Below are positions 1-9,954 of a stretch of 64,000 nucleotides of DNA, one piece after another. The position numbers were made by a program, and so were the translations under genes. The stretch comes from Candidatus Uhrbacteria bacterium (GTDB lineage: Bacteria > Patescibacteriota > Patescibacteriia > UBA9934 > GWF2-40-263), in NCBI GenBank assembly GCA_903843045.1, contig CAIMOJ010000046.1:650-64649 (forward strand), read 5' to 3'. The stretch's first letter is position 1, and each line of letters begins with the position of its first letter. Below the pieces are notes generated by a model. That model worked only from the letters and a program-made list of their open reading frames with translations, searched no databases and was not told the DNA's origin.

Positions 1-22
1 CCATTCTTCTGCCGGACATCCT

Positions 23-556
23 ATGACGAAGGCGCTGGCCCTCACCCTGCTGTTCCTGATGCTCGCCATCGTCCAGACGAGCTTCTTTTCCTCGCTTCCG
101 GGCATTCTGGCATACGCCCCGCTCGTGATCGCGGCCGGCATCTATCTTCGCCAGCACGTCCAAGAGCCTTCCGGGGCGTTCTGGATCGTTGCGTTCGGGC
201 TTTTTCTCGACATGCTCGCAATCCCGTCGTTTCCGCTCGAGACGTTTTCGTACGGCGCGGCCGCCATCGCGGTTTCCCTCACGTCCCAGCATGTCTTTTC
301 AAACCGTTCCTGGTACGGCCTGATCGCATGCGGGGGATCGGCGATCGTCGCGATGAACGTGACGCGGGCGATCATCCTCGGCATCGTCGCGCTCCGTCAT
401 CCGGAGCGCGTTTCCTGGCCCGCGTTCGGTGAAACGCTCCTCTGGAACCTGATCCTGCTATTCGTTTTCCTCGTGATTTTCTTTGCGTTTGCCGGCCAGA
501 TCCGTTCGTTCCTGAAAACGACCTTCATGATCTCCAAGGATCGTGACACGCTGTAA
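23..556 (+). CDS. mreD: Rod shape-determining protein MreD-like membrane protein
   Basis: 177 aa, about 5 TM segments, GLFLD motif, directly upstream of and overlapping a PBP2 gene. Confidence 0.6.
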   Translation: MTKALALTLLFLMLAIVQTSFFSSLPGILAYAPLVIAAGIYLRQHVQEPSGAFWIVAFGLFLDMLAIPSFPLETFSYGAAAIAVSLTSQHVFSNRSWYGLIACGGSAIVAMNVTRAIILGIVALRHPERVSWPAFGETLLWNLILLFVFLVIFFAFAGQIRSFLKTTFMISKDRDTL

Positions 557-2477
557 TCCTGTGGGAAATCCATTTTTTATCCAATCCAACCGCCTGGGAT
601 CCGTTCGAACGTCGCGCGAGCTGACGGCGCTTGACGAGAGTCCTGGAACCCCGTTCGGCGCGGCAAGCGCCGAACGCCAGTTTTTGGGATCAACCATACC
701 CGCGAGGCGGTTCTGGCTCGCCGCGGTTGGGTTTTCCGTCGCGATCGGCCTCCTGGTTGCCCGCGCCGTGGAGTTACAGATCGTCCGGGGCGCACAGTAC
801 GCCTCGCTTGCCGAGTCGAATCGCGTTCGTTCCTACACCGTCGTTCCGCCGCGCGGGATCGTTTATGACCGGTTCGGCACGCCGCTCATCCAGAACGTCC
901 CGGCATTCGTTTTTTCAATGACCTTCGCGGACATGCCGAAGGACAGGACGGAACGCGACCGAGTCGTCGCGCGGGCGGCCGACCTCGCGGGAGTGTCCCG
1001 AACGGACATCGACCTTCTTCTGACCGAGGCGCAAAAGAGCCCATACGACGCGTTTGCCGTTAAGAAGGGGATTCCTTACGAGGCGGCCATGCGGCTTGCC
1101 ATCGAGGCGGCGTCGATCCCCGGGTTCGCGCTCGACACGTCCACGATTCGCGCCTACCCCAAAAGTGCGCCAACCCTTTCGCACGTGCTCGGATACACCG
1201 GAAAGATCAGCGCCGACGACTACGAGGCAAGGAAGGCGGACGGCTATCGCGCCGTGGATGAGATCGGAAAGGCGGGATTGGAGCGGACGGAAGAAACCTC
1301 GTTGCGCGGAACCCCTGGGAAGCTGTCCGTCGAGGTCGACGCGCGCGGAAGGGAGCTCTCGGTTGACGGAAAGACCGACCCTGTTCCCGGTCAGAACCTG
1401 ACGCTGACGATCGACCTTCCGCTCCAGCAGTTCATCGAGGCGCGCCTGACGGACGTTCTCCAAAGACTGAAGCTGCCGAAGGGGGTCGTTGTCGCCATCG
1501 ATCCGCGCAACGGAGCGGTGCGCGCCCTGGTCAGCATGCCGACCTTCGACAGCAACGCGTTTTCGAACGGAATTGACTCCGAGCTGTACCAACGGCTGAT
1601 CACGGACAAGGACCAGCCTCTATTCTCGCGCGCGATCGCGGGCGAGTATCCCCCTGGATCGACCTTCAAGCCGTATGTGGCCTACGCGGCGCTTACGGAG
1701 GGTCTGGTTACCCCAAGCACGTCGTTTCTTTCCACCGGAGGGCTCCGGGTGGGCGAGTGGTTCTTTCCGGATTGGAAGGCCGGCGGACATGGGATTACCG
1801 ACGTCCGGAAGGCCCTTGCCTGGTCAGTGAACACCTATTTTTACATCGTCGGTGGCGGATACGAGCAGCAAACGGGTCTTGGCGTGGAACGAATCACCAA
1901 GAACTCCGCACTGTTCGGATTCGGCGCGAAGACCGGCATCGCGCTTCCCGGCGAGGCGGACGGATTTCTTCCAAGCAAGGATTGGAAGCAGGAGGCGAAG
2001 GGCGAGCGATGGTACGTCGGCGACACCTATCACCTCGCCATCGGGCAGGGCGACGCGCTCGCCACGCCGCTCCAGGTCGCGGTCGCGGATGCCGCGATCG
2101 GAAACGGAGGGACGCGTTTCGTCCCGCACCTCGTCGAAAAGATCGGCGACAAGCCCGTCGCGCCGGAACCGGTCGACGTGACGCTGAACAAGGATTCCGT
2201 CCAGGTCGTCCGCGAGGGAATGCGGGGCGCCGTGACGTACGGCAGCGCCCGCTTTCTCAATTCGCTGGCGCTTCCCGTCGCGGGAAAGACGGGCACCGCG
2301 CAGTCGTCCATCGACAAGCCGACGCACGCATGGTTCGAGGGGTTCGGCCCGTACGACGATCCGACGCTCGCCGTCGTCGTCCTTGTGGAGAACGGCGGGG
2401 AAGGGTCGTCGGTCGCCGTCCCGCTCGCAAAGGACATCTTTGAGTGGTGGTTCGCAAATCGACAGGCGACGGAGTAA
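543..2477 (+). CDS. mrdA: Penicillin-binding protein 2
   Basis: N-terminal TM, PBP dimerisation domain, PGSTFK (SxxK), SVN (SxN) and KTG motifs; exact start uncertain. Confidence 0.93.
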   Translation: MTRCNPVGNPFFIQSNRLGSVRTSRELTALDESPGTPFGAASAERQFLGSTIPARRFWLAAVGFSVAIGLLVARAVELQIVRGAQYASLAESNRVRSYTVVPPRGIVYDRFGTPLIQNVPAFVFSMTFADMPKDRTERDRVVARAADLAGVSRTDIDLLLTEAQKSPYDAFAVKKGIPYEAAMRLAIEAASIPGFALDTSTIRAYPKSAPTLSHVLGYTGKISADDYEARKADGYRAVDEIGKAGLERTEETSLRGTPGKLSVEVDARGRELSVDGKTDPVPGQNLTLTIDLPLQQFIEARLTDVLQRLKLPKGVVVAIDPRNGAVRALVSMPTFDSNAFSNGIDSELYQRLITDKDQPLFSRAIAGEYPPGSTFKPYVAYAALTEGLVTPSTSFLSTGGLRVGEWFFPDWKAGGHGITDVRKALAWSVNTYFYIVGGGYEQQTGLGVERITKNSALFGFGAKTGIALPGEADGFLPSKDWKQEAKGERWYVGDTYHLAIGQGDALATPLQVAVADAAIGNGGTRFVPHLVEKIGDKPVAPEPVDVTLNKDSVQVVREGMRGAVTYGSARFLNSLALPVAGKTGTAQSSIDKPTHAWFEGFGPYDDPTLAVVVLVENGGEGSSVAVPLAKDIFEWWFANRQATE

Positions 2478-2495
2478 CGACTATACTAAAATCCT

Positions 2496-3602
2496 ATGAA
2501 GCGACTGATACTTGCACTCGCCATCGTCGGGGTTTTTACCGCGCCGTTCTCCGTTCTCGCGGGGGACGCTCAGAATGACAACGTTCCGTTTCGCGCCGTC
2601 GTGCAGAGCGTCGACAAGGCGTATTCCGATGAAAACGGACGGCCCCAGCTCACGTTTACGGCGGAGGGATACGACGGAATGACCTATCGCATCGACACGT
2701 CCTCCTCCCTCGGTGCCGGGATCCATTATCCGCTCAACGTCGGTGACCGCGTGGTTTTGGAACGCCTCGACAATCCGGACGGGACGCAGACGGTTTACTT
2801 TAACGACGTCGTGAGAACCGGTGGGCTCTGGATTATCTTCGCCGTGTTTTCCCTCGCCGTCGTCGCGGTCGGGCTGACGCGCGGGATCATGGCGCTTGTC
2901 GGCCTCGCCCTGACCGTTCTCCTTTTGTTCGGATACATCGTTCCGTCGATCCTGGCCGGAAAGGACGCGGTGCTCGTAACGGTCGAGTCCTCGCTGCTCA
3001 TTTTGGCCGTGAACATGCACCTGACCCACGGATGGAAACGGCAGACGCTCGCCGCGTTCGCTTCCACGGCGATCGGCGTGCTGATCGCCTGGCTGTTCGG
3101 CGGCTGGTTCGTCCATCTCGCGGCCCTCTCCGGGCTGACATCCGAGGAGGGATCGCTCCTGTATCTGCAGAACCTCGACGCGACGGTGAACACGTCCGGG
3201 ATTCTCCTCGCGGGAATCATCCTCGGCGCGACCGGCGCGCTCGACGACATCGCCATCGCGCAGAGCGAGGTCGTATCCGAGCTGCGCGAAGCGAACCCGT
3301 CGCTCTCAAAGAAGGAGCTGTTCGTCCGAGCCATGCGTGTCGGACGGCATCACATCGCCTCCATTGCCAATACGCTCGTTCTGGCCTATGCGGGCGCGGC
3401 ACTTCCGATGTTTCTGCTTTTCTGGGCAACGCGATCCCTGACGATCGCGGACTTCCTCAACACGGAGGCGGTCGTCGAGGAAGTGGTCCGCACGCTCGCG
3501 GGAACGATCGCGCTCGTGCTGACGGTTCCTCTTTCCACGTGGTTTGCCGCATCGCTTGACGCATCCAAGAAAAAGCCCTATGATGGCCATCACGTTCACT
3601 GA
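2496..3602 (+). CDS. YibE/F family membrane protein
   Basis: GALDDIAIAQ, NTLVLAYAGAALP and EEVVRTLAGTI motifs; multiple TM segments. Confidence 0.85.
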   Translation: MKRLILALAIVGVFTAPFSVLAGDAQNDNVPFRAVVQSVDKAYSDENGRPQLTFTAEGYDGMTYRIDTSSSLGAGIHYPLNVGDRVVLERLDNPDGTQTVYFNDVVRTGGLWIIFAVFSLAVVAVGLTRGIMALVGLALTVLLLFGYIVPSILAGKDAVLVTVESSLLILAVNMHLTHGWKRQTLAAFASTAIGVLIAWLFGGWFVHLAALSGLTSEEGSLLYLQNLDATVNTSGILLAGIILGATGALDDIAIAQSEVVSELREANPSLSKKELFVRAMRVGRHHIASIANTLVLAYAGAALPMFLLFWATRSLTIADFLNTEAVVEEVVRTLAGTIALVLTVPLSTWFAASLDASKKKPYDGHHVH

Positions 3603-3620
3603 ACATTCCTGATTAAACGT

Positions 3621-4076
3621 ATGCCAACTTACATTTCGGCCGAGGGGCTGAAAAAACTGATTGAGGAGTCGGAGACGCGCCGAACCATTACGCGCAAGGA
3701 GATTGCGCAGTGCATCTCGGACGCGAAGGAGCTCGGGGACCTCTCCGAGAATTTCGAGTACCAGGACGCGAAGGAACGCCAGGGATCGAATGAGGTTCGC
3801 ATCTCCGAGCTTGAGAGCATGATCAAGGACGCGATCGTCGTCGAGCAGCAGGCGGGCGGCGATACCATCGGTCTTGGGACCACGTTCAAGGCCGACGCGA
3901 ACGGCGTCTCGCGCACGTTCCAGATCGTCGGGTCGAACGAGGCCAAGCCGTTCGAGGGCAAGATCAGCAACGAATCGCCCATCGGAATGGCATTCATCGG
4001 CGGCAAGGTCGGGGAGAACATCTCCGTGGAGATTCCGAGCGGAACGATGGTTTACAGAATTACGGAAATCTCCTAA
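3621..4076 (+). CDS. greA: Transcription elongation factor GreA
   Basis: GDLSENFEY and ISNESPIG motifs. Confidence 0.95.
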   Translation: MPTYISAEGLKKLIEESETRRTITRKEIAQCISDAKELGDLSENFEYQDAKERQGSNEVRISELESMIKDAIVVEQQAGGDTIGLGTTFKADANGVSRTFQIVGSNEAKPFEGKISNESPIGMAFIGGKVGENISVEIPSGTMVYRITEIS

Positions 4077-4077
4077 G

Positions 4078-4107
4078 ATACGGGGGTAAACACCCCGTAT
4101 TTTTTTT
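4078..4107 (+). terminator. Intrinsic terminator-like hairpin after greA
   Basis: atacgggg/ccccgtat 8-bp stem followed by a T run. Confidence 0.6.
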
Positions 4108-4109
4108 GT

Positions 4110-5573
4110 ATGATCGAGGAAGAAGGCGTTCGCCGCTCGCGCTTGGAACGGCTGAAATTGGCGGGAAACGACCCATATCCGGCTCGCGTCGAGCGGACGC
4201 ATACCGTGGCCAAGTTCGGCCAGCATTTTGACGCGCTTCTTGCCGACCTGACCGTCGTAACCATGGCAGGCCGCATGCGCACCATCCGCAAGCACGGCGG
4301 GCTTACGTTCGCGCAGCTCGAGGACGGATCGGGGACGATCCAGATCGCCATCCGCCGCGACCACGTGGGCGAGGAAACGTACGCGTTCTTCCATGACACG
4401 GCCGACATGGGCGATTTCGTCGAGGCGAAGGGAACCGCGTTCGTCACGAAGACGGGCCAGCAGACGCTCGACGTCCAGTCGTATCGGATCGTCACGAAGA
4501 CGCTCCTGCCGATGCCGGAGAAATGGCACGGGCTTTCCGATACGGAGATCCGCTATCGCCAGCGCTACCTCGACCTTCTCGCCAACGAGCAGGTGCGTTC
4601 GATCTTCCGAACGCGCGCCAGGATCGTCACGACGATTCGCGCGTATCTTGACCGCCACGGATGTCTCGAGGTGGACACGCCGGTCCTTCAGATCGTCCCG
4701 GGCGGAGCGAGCGCGCGGCCGTTCCGGACGCACCACAACGCCCTCGACGCCGACATGTACCTTCGCGTCGCGCCGGAGCTGTACCTCAAGCGCTGCGTCG
4801 TCGGAGGATTCGAGCGCGTCTACGAGGTCGCGCGCTGCTTCCGCAACGAGGGGATCGACCACTCGCACAATCCGGAGTTCACGCAGGTGGAGGGCTACCT
4901 CGCGTACATGGACTACGAGCAGCTGATGGCCTTCCTCGAGGAAATGCTCCGCGAGGTGATCGTCGCGTGCGGTCTCGACCCGGCCGCCGTCCCGTTCAAG
5001 GGAAACCTGCTCAACTTCGCCGACGCCTGGCCGCGCATCACGTTCCGCGACGCGATCCTCTCGCACGCGAAGATCGACATCGAGGACTATCCCGACCGCG
5101 AATCCGTCGCGAAGCAGGCCGCGAAGATGGGCGTCCCGGTCGCCACGACCGACGGCCACGCGACGATCGTCGACAATATCTACAAGAACTTCGTCCGCCC
5201 GAACATCATTCAGCCGACGTACCTCATCGACTATCCGGTCGAGATCTCTCCGCTTGCCAAGCGCAAGACGAGCGACCCGCGGTACGTGGAGATGTTCCAA
5301 CTCGTGTACGGCGGGGGCGTGGAAAACATCAAGGCGTTCTCCGAGCTGAACGATCCACTCGACCAGGAGGAACGGTTCCGCCAGCAGCAGGCCGCGCGCG
5401 ACGGCGGCGACGAGGAGGCGCAGTTCGGCGACGACGACTACGTGGTCGCCCTCAAGCACGGCATGCCGCCGACCGCCGGATTCGGCATCGGCATCGACCG
5501 CCTGGCCGCCACGCTGACCGATTCGCACAACCTAAAGGAGGTCATCCTGTTCCCGACGCTCAAGCCGGTATGA
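4110..5573 (+). CDS. lysS: Lysine--tRNA ligase (class II)
   Basis: RYRQRYLDL, YLRVAPELYLKR, FRNEG, HNPEF and GMPPTAGFGIGIDR motifs. Confidence 0.97.
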   Translation: MIEEEGVRRSRLERLKLAGNDPYPARVERTHTVAKFGQHFDALLADLTVVTMAGRMRTIRKHGGLTFAQLEDGSGTIQIAIRRDHVGEETYAFFHDTADMGDFVEAKGTAFVTKTGQQTLDVQSYRIVTKTLLPMPEKWHGLSDTEIRYRQRYLDLLANEQVRSIFRTRARIVTTIRAYLDRHGCLEVDTPVLQIVPGGASARPFRTHHNALDADMYLRVAPELYLKRCVVGGFERVYEVARCFRNEGIDHSHNPEFTQVEGYLAYMDYEQLMAFLEEMLREVIVACGLDPAAVPFKGNLLNFADAWPRITFRDAILSHAKIDIEDYPDRESVAKQAAKMGVPVATTDGHATIVDNIYKNFVRPNIIQPTYLIDYPVEISPLAKRKTSDPRYVEMFQLVYGGGVENIKAFSELNDPLDQEERFRQQQAARDGGDEEAQFGDDDYVVALKHGMPPTAGFGIGIDRLAATLTDSHNLKEVILFPTLKPV

Positions 5574-6358
5574 GGACCGTCCTGACATTCGGGACGTTCG
5601 ACGCGTTCCATCCCGGGCATGAGTACGTCCTCGCCAAGGCGGCCGCGCTCGGCGACCGTCTTGTCGTTGGCGTCGCCCGCGACGCGCACGTTCGCGCACT
5701 CAAGAACAAGGAGCCAAAGGACGACGAACAGGCCCGTCTCGACCGGATTCTCGCGCACCCGCTGGTATCCGATGCGCGTCTGAGCGACGAAAAGCTTGGA
5801 TCGTACGAGATTCTCGACGACTTGAAGCCCGACGTCGTCGCCATCGGCCACGACCAGCACGCGCTGCGCGAGAGTCTAGAGGCATGGATGTCGTCGACCG
5901 GCAAAGCCATCCCGCTGGTCCAGCTAGACCTATCAGTCCCGCGCCCCATTAAGACCGTCCCCATCGCCGTGGCCCTCGCCATGCGCGACGGAAAGCTCTT
6001 GCTCCTGCAACGGCGCGACGAGAACCCGATGTGGAACCGAAAGTGGGAATTCCCAGGCGGCAAGATCGAGAGCGGGGAAGACCCGGCCGATGCGATGCGA
6101 CGCGAGCTGAGGGAAGAGACCGGCCTCGACGTGAACGCCTGCGACTTTCTCGGAACGCACACCCACGACTGGGACCTCTCCGAACGAATCCTCCGCGTCG
6201 TGCTCCACTGCTTCCGCTGCGACCTCGCCGATGGCGACGTCGTCCGCGAGGATCGCGCCACGTTCGACCACGCCTGGGCAACCCCCGCCGAAGCCCTGAC
6301 CTACGACCTCCTCGAAGCCAACGCCGACCTTATTCGCAAATTCGTAGGAAGTTCGTAA
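5570..6358 (+). CDS. Fusion of HxGH nucleotidyltransferase (cytidylyltransferase/RibL-like) and NUDIX hydrolase (MutT-like)
   Basis: ATG overlaps the lysS stop (ATGA); GTFDAFHPGH motif, then Nudix box GGKIESGEDPADAMRRELREETG. Confidence 0.85.
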   Translation: MRTVLTFGTFDAFHPGHEYVLAKAAALGDRLVVGVARDAHVRALKNKEPKDDEQARLDRILAHPLVSDARLSDEKLGSYEILDDLKPDVVAIGHDQHALRESLEAWMSSTGKAIPLVQLDLSVPRPIKTVPIAVALAMRDGKLLLLQRRDENPMWNRKWEFPGGKIESGEDPADAMRRELREETGLDVNACDFLGTHTHDWDLSERILRVVLHCFRCDLADGDVVREDRATFDHAWATPAEALTYDLLEANADLIRKFVGSS

Positions 6359-6398
6359 TCAGAAAAAAGAATTCGTAATAAGCGAAGCATATTCGTAA
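6331..6398. repeat. Cluster of five short (A/G)TTCG(T/C)A repeats
   Basis: attcgca, attcgta, gttcgta, attcgta, attcgta in an AT-rich patch spanning the gene end. Confidence 0.55.
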
Positions 6399-6401
6399 GC
6401 T

Positions 6402-7538
6402 GTGAACCATAAGACCTGGATCGAAATCGACGAACGGGCCCTGACGCACAACATCGTTGCGCTGAAGGGTTTGCTTTCCGAAGGGGCCAAGTTCTGCGCG
6501 GTCCTGAAGGCGAACGCGTACGGCCACGGGTTCGTCGAGGTCGCGCGCATCGCGGCCCGGTGCAACGTGGATGCGTTCGCGGTCGACAATATCGACGAGG
6601 CGCTCGTGCTTCGCGCGATGCTTCCGTCCGCCCTCGTGCTCGTGCTCGGATACACCCTCAAGGAGCGATATGCCGACGCGATCAACAATGAGATCCATCT
6701 GACCGTCTACGAAAAGGACCAGGTCGTCGCGCTCGAATACGCCGGGGCGGAGCACGCGAAGACCGCGTTCATCCACCTGAAGATTGAGACGGGAACGTCA
6801 CGCCAGGGCGTTCTTCCGGACCACCTGTACGACGTGCTCGAGGTTATCGGCGCCTCCTCGCACGTGGCGCTCGCCGGAGTCTCGACGCACTTCGCGAACG
6901 TGGAGGACACGACCGACACGTCGTTCGCGAACCGACAGTTCGCGCTGTTCCAAGAGGTCGTCGGGGCGATTCGGAACGCCGGATATCGGCCCGAGTGGGT
7001 CCATTGTTCCAACTCCGCGGCAACGATCCTGTATCCCGACACGCATGGGTCCCTCGTACGCGTCGGCATCGCGATGTACGGGATCTGGCCGTCGGAAATC
7101 GTCGAACAGACCGTGCGACGGCACAACGTGCCGCTCGAGCTCGAGCCTGTCCTCGCGTGGAAGACCCGCATCGCGCAGGTGAAGTCGCTTCCGGCCGGAA
7201 CGCCGATCAGCTACGGGATGACCGAGGTCCTTCGAAAGGCCAGTCGCATCGCCGTTCTTCCCGTCGGCTACTGGGACGGATTCGACCGTGGTCTTTCCTC
7301 CGTCGCGGAGGTTCTCGTGAACGGCATCCGGTGCAAGGTCATGGGACGCGTCTGCATGAACATGGTCATGGTGGACGTCTCAGCGGTTCCCCAGGTCGAG
7401 CCCGAGCAGGAGGTCGTCCTCATCGGACGGTCGGGACGGTTCGTCATCGCGGCGGAGGAAATGGCCGCCCATGCTGGGACGATCAGCTACGAGACGCTGA
7501 CCCGCATCAACCCGCTGTTGCCGCGGATCGTGATATAA
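6402..7538 (+). CDS. alr: Alanine racemase
   Basis: AVLKANAYGHG PLP-lysine motif, HCSNSA, GRVCMN. Confidence 0.95.
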   Translation: MNHKTWIEIDERALTHNIVALKGLLSEGAKFCAVLKANAYGHGFVEVARIAARCNVDAFAVDNIDEALVLRAMLPSALVLVLGYTLKERYADAINNEIHLTVYEKDQVVALEYAGAEHAKTAFIHLKIETGTSRQGVLPDHLYDVLEVIGASSHVALAGVSTHFANVEDTTDTSFANRQFALFQEVVGAIRNAGYRPEWVHCSNSAATILYPDTHGSLVRVGIAMYGIWPSEIVEQTVRRHNVPLELEPVLAWKTRIAQVKSLPAGTPISYGMTEVLRKASRIAVLPVGYWDGFDRGLSSVAEVLVNGIRCKVMGRVCMNMVMVDVSAVPQVEPEQEVVLIGRSGRFVIAAEEMAAHAGTISYETLTRINPLLPRIVI

Positions 7539-7547
7539 TTCAACGGT

Positions 7548-8474
7548 ATGCGACCCCGCAACCAATTTCGACTGCTGCAGAAAAAACGGTACGATGCCAA
7601 GCGTTTTTCAAATCCGTACTTCCAAACGAAGCCAAAGCGAAACTGGCGAGGAATCGTTATTGCCACCGGCGTCGGCCTGGGCCTGTTCTGTCTCGTCTCC
7701 GTCGTCTTTGCCTCGCCATTTTTTGCCATCCAGCGCGTCGACGTGACGGGAACGGACACGATCTCTCCGACGGAGATCGTCCAAAAGGCATGGGAACAGC
7801 TCCGTACGCGCCGCCTTGTTTTTTTCAGCGGGACGAACCGATTCCTTTACGACGAATCGCGGCTGCGCGCCGCCCTTGGCTCGGCATACGCGTTTGAGAC
7901 GCTTGCGATTCGCGAAGCTTGCGATTGGAAAGGCGGGGGATGCGGACTGACGATTGCCGTGCACGAGAAGACGTCCCAGCTGCTCTGGATGTCCGGCGAC
8001 CGACTCTACCTCGCCGACCTTCAGGGCGTCGTCATCCGAGAGCTCGCGCCCGAAGAGGTCGCGGCTTGGAAAGCCCCCGAGCCGCCGCCCCAGAACCCGC
8101 TTCCGGACGGATCGCTCCCCATCGCGGTACCGATCGACCCGCTTCGAAAGCTTCCGCTGTTCGTCGACGTCAACGCCTCCCCGACAAGCGTCGGATCCGC
8201 CGTACTGACGAAGGACGAGGTCGCGAACCTCTTCGCCTTCGAGCGACAGCTCGGCGACATGAGAATCCTCTTCTCGCAGGTGAACATCGACCGTCTCGCG
8301 GGAAAGTGGATGGCCGTGAAGACCCTGGCTGGGTTCAACATCCTCATCGACGCCTCCGGCGATATCCCGGCCCAGATTCTCAACCTCCAGGTACTACTGC
8401 GCGACACGCTGAAGGACACGTCGAATCTGCAGTATATCGACCTGAGGTTCGGCGACCACGTGTATTATAAATAG
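7548..8474 (+). CDS. FtsQ/DivIB-like POTRA-domain membrane protein
   Basis: Basic N-terminus, single TM, SPFFAIQRVDVTG POTRA start, C-terminal YIDLRF motif. Confidence 0.65.
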   Translation: MRPRNQFRLLQKKRYDAKRFSNPYFQTKPKRNWRGIVIATGVGLGLFCLVSVVFASPFFAIQRVDVTGTDTISPTEIVQKAWEQLRTRRLVFFSGTNRFLYDESRLRAALGSAYAFETLAIREACDWKGGGCGLTIAVHEKTSQLLWMSGDRLYLADLQGVVIRELAPEEVAAWKAPEPPPQNPLPDGSLPIAVPIDPLRKLPLFVDVNASPTSVGSAVLTKDEVANLFAFERQLGDMRILFSQVNIDRLAGKWMAVKTLAGFNILIDASGDIPAQILNLQVLLRDTLKDTSNLQYIDLRFGDHVYYK

Positions 8475-8483
8475 ACGAACCCT

Positions 8484-9782
8484 ATGACCCCGCTCATTTC
8501 CTACGACGACAGCCACATGCTCATTTCGGCGAAGGATCGCAAATCCGTTCAGAAACGACTCATTGCCGCTCACAAGCAACTGGAGAGTCTGCGCGTCAGT
8601 GAGGAACAAGGTTTCTTTGGTCTGCCGGACGATTCGGGGACAGTAAGAATCGTCGAGAGGCTCGCGAAGAAAGTCCAGGCGAAGTTCGACCGCCTGATCG
8701 TCATTGGGATCGGCGGGTCCGACCTTGGGGCACGGACGATCTGGCACGCGCTTGGCGAAAAGAAGATGTCGTTGGAATTCGTGAGCAACCCGGACCCGGA
8801 GACGCTCTACCATGTGCTCGCCACGACGGACTGGTCGAAGACGGCCATCAACGTGATTTCAAAATCTGGGACGACGCTCGAAACGATGGCGGTGTTCATG
8901 ACGCTCCGCCAGGGCCTGATCAACGCGGTAGGCGTCGCGGCGCACCGTGAGCACATCGTTGCGACAACGGATCCGTCGGAGGCCAGCACCCTGTACCAGA
9001 TCGCCATGGAGGAAGGTTACGCGATCCTCCCGCATCCGCTCAACGTCGGCGGGCGGTATTCCGTCCTCTCGGTCGTCGGATTGTTTCCCGCGGCAGCGAG
9101 CGGCGTGAACGTTCGCAAGCTGCTTGCCGGAGCCGCGACGGTCGAGGCCGAGCGCCGAGCCAAGCGTGTCGAGAGTATTCCAGCACGACTGGCGACGAAC
9201 CAGTATCTTGCCATGACGCAGTACGGACGTGATATCCATGTCCTGATGCCCTATGCCGACCTGTTGCACGAGTTCGGATTCTGGTACCGCCAAATCTGGG
9301 CCGAATCGCTCGGAAAGGTCCGCGACGGGGAATCCGTCGGCCCGACCCCGATTGCCGCGTTTGGAGCCATCGACCAGCATTCGCAGATCCAGCTGTACAA
9401 CGAGGGGCCGGACAACAAGACGGTCACGTTCATCGAGGTTGAATCGTTTCGACGCTCTCTGCGCGTTCCGAAGGTCTGGGGCGACAAACAGGGGATCGGA
9501 TACGTCGGCGGCCTGTCGTTCGCGGACATCCTCCATGCCGAGCGCGCGGGAACCGAACATGCCCTTGCAAGCCACGGACGACCAAGCGGAACGATTACGA
9601 TCCCGAACATCTCGGAAGAATCGCTCGGAGCGCTGTTTATGCTGTTTGAGACGGCAACGGCCTACATGGGGGAACTGCTGCACGTGAACGCGTTCAACCA
9701 GCCGGGCGTCGAAGCGGGGAAGAAGGAGGCAAAGAAAATTCTCGAGACGGCGGGGAAGAAAACCGGAAAGACGAAGGGTTAG
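8484..9782 (+). CDS. pgi: Glucose-6-phosphate isomerase
   Basis: GIGGSDLG, SKSGTTLET, GGRYSV, QIWAESLGK and NQPGVEAGK motifs. Confidence 0.95.
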   Translation: MTPLISYDDSHMLISAKDRKSVQKRLIAAHKQLESLRVSEEQGFFGLPDDSGTVRIVERLAKKVQAKFDRLIVIGIGGSDLGARTIWHALGEKKMSLEFVSNPDPETLYHVLATTDWSKTAINVISKSGTTLETMAVFMTLRQGLINAVGVAAHREHIVATTDPSEASTLYQIAMEEGYAILPHPLNVGGRYSVLSVVGLFPAAASGVNVRKLLAGAATVEAERRAKRVESIPARLATNQYLAMTQYGRDIHVLMPYADLLHEFGFWYRQIWAESLGKVRDGESVGPTPIAAFGAIDQHSQIQLYNEGPDNKTVTFIEVESFRRSLRVPKVWGDKQGIGYVGGLSFADILHAERAGTEHALASHGRPSGTITIPNISEESLGALFMLFETATAYMGELLHVNAFNQPGVEAGKKEAKKILETAGKKTGKTKG

Positions 9783-9880
9783 GACTTGTTGTGTCGTAAA
9801 ATATCGATAGGGTGAGTGAGGGATTGAAGGGGACCGAGGTTCGAAGAGTCTCGGGGATGAGGATTGAATTACGGTCAGGG

Positions 9881-9912
9881 ACGGATCCGCGCATCGAGTC
9901 GGATCCGTTTTA
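9881..9912 (+). terminator. Hairpin, probable terminator of the pgi transcript
   Basis: acggatccg/cggatccgt perfect 9-bp stem followed by ttta. Confidence 0.5.
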
Positions 9913-9954
9913 GTCTCTACGGCGAAGACAACGCGAAAAAAATATAATAACCAA

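Noticed and set aside
3306-5528. 740-aa minus-strand ORF and many similar long antisense ORFs (e.g. 52155-54578, 49718-51517, 15047-16363)
   Set aside because: Shadow frames of high-GC genes (lysS, secD, clpB), with Arg/Gly-rich composition and no motifs.
4661-5569. Apparent N-terminal extension of the NUDIX fusion overlapping lysS
   Set aside because: Alternate-frame run-on; the recognisable domain starts at ATG 5570, which overlaps the lysS stop.
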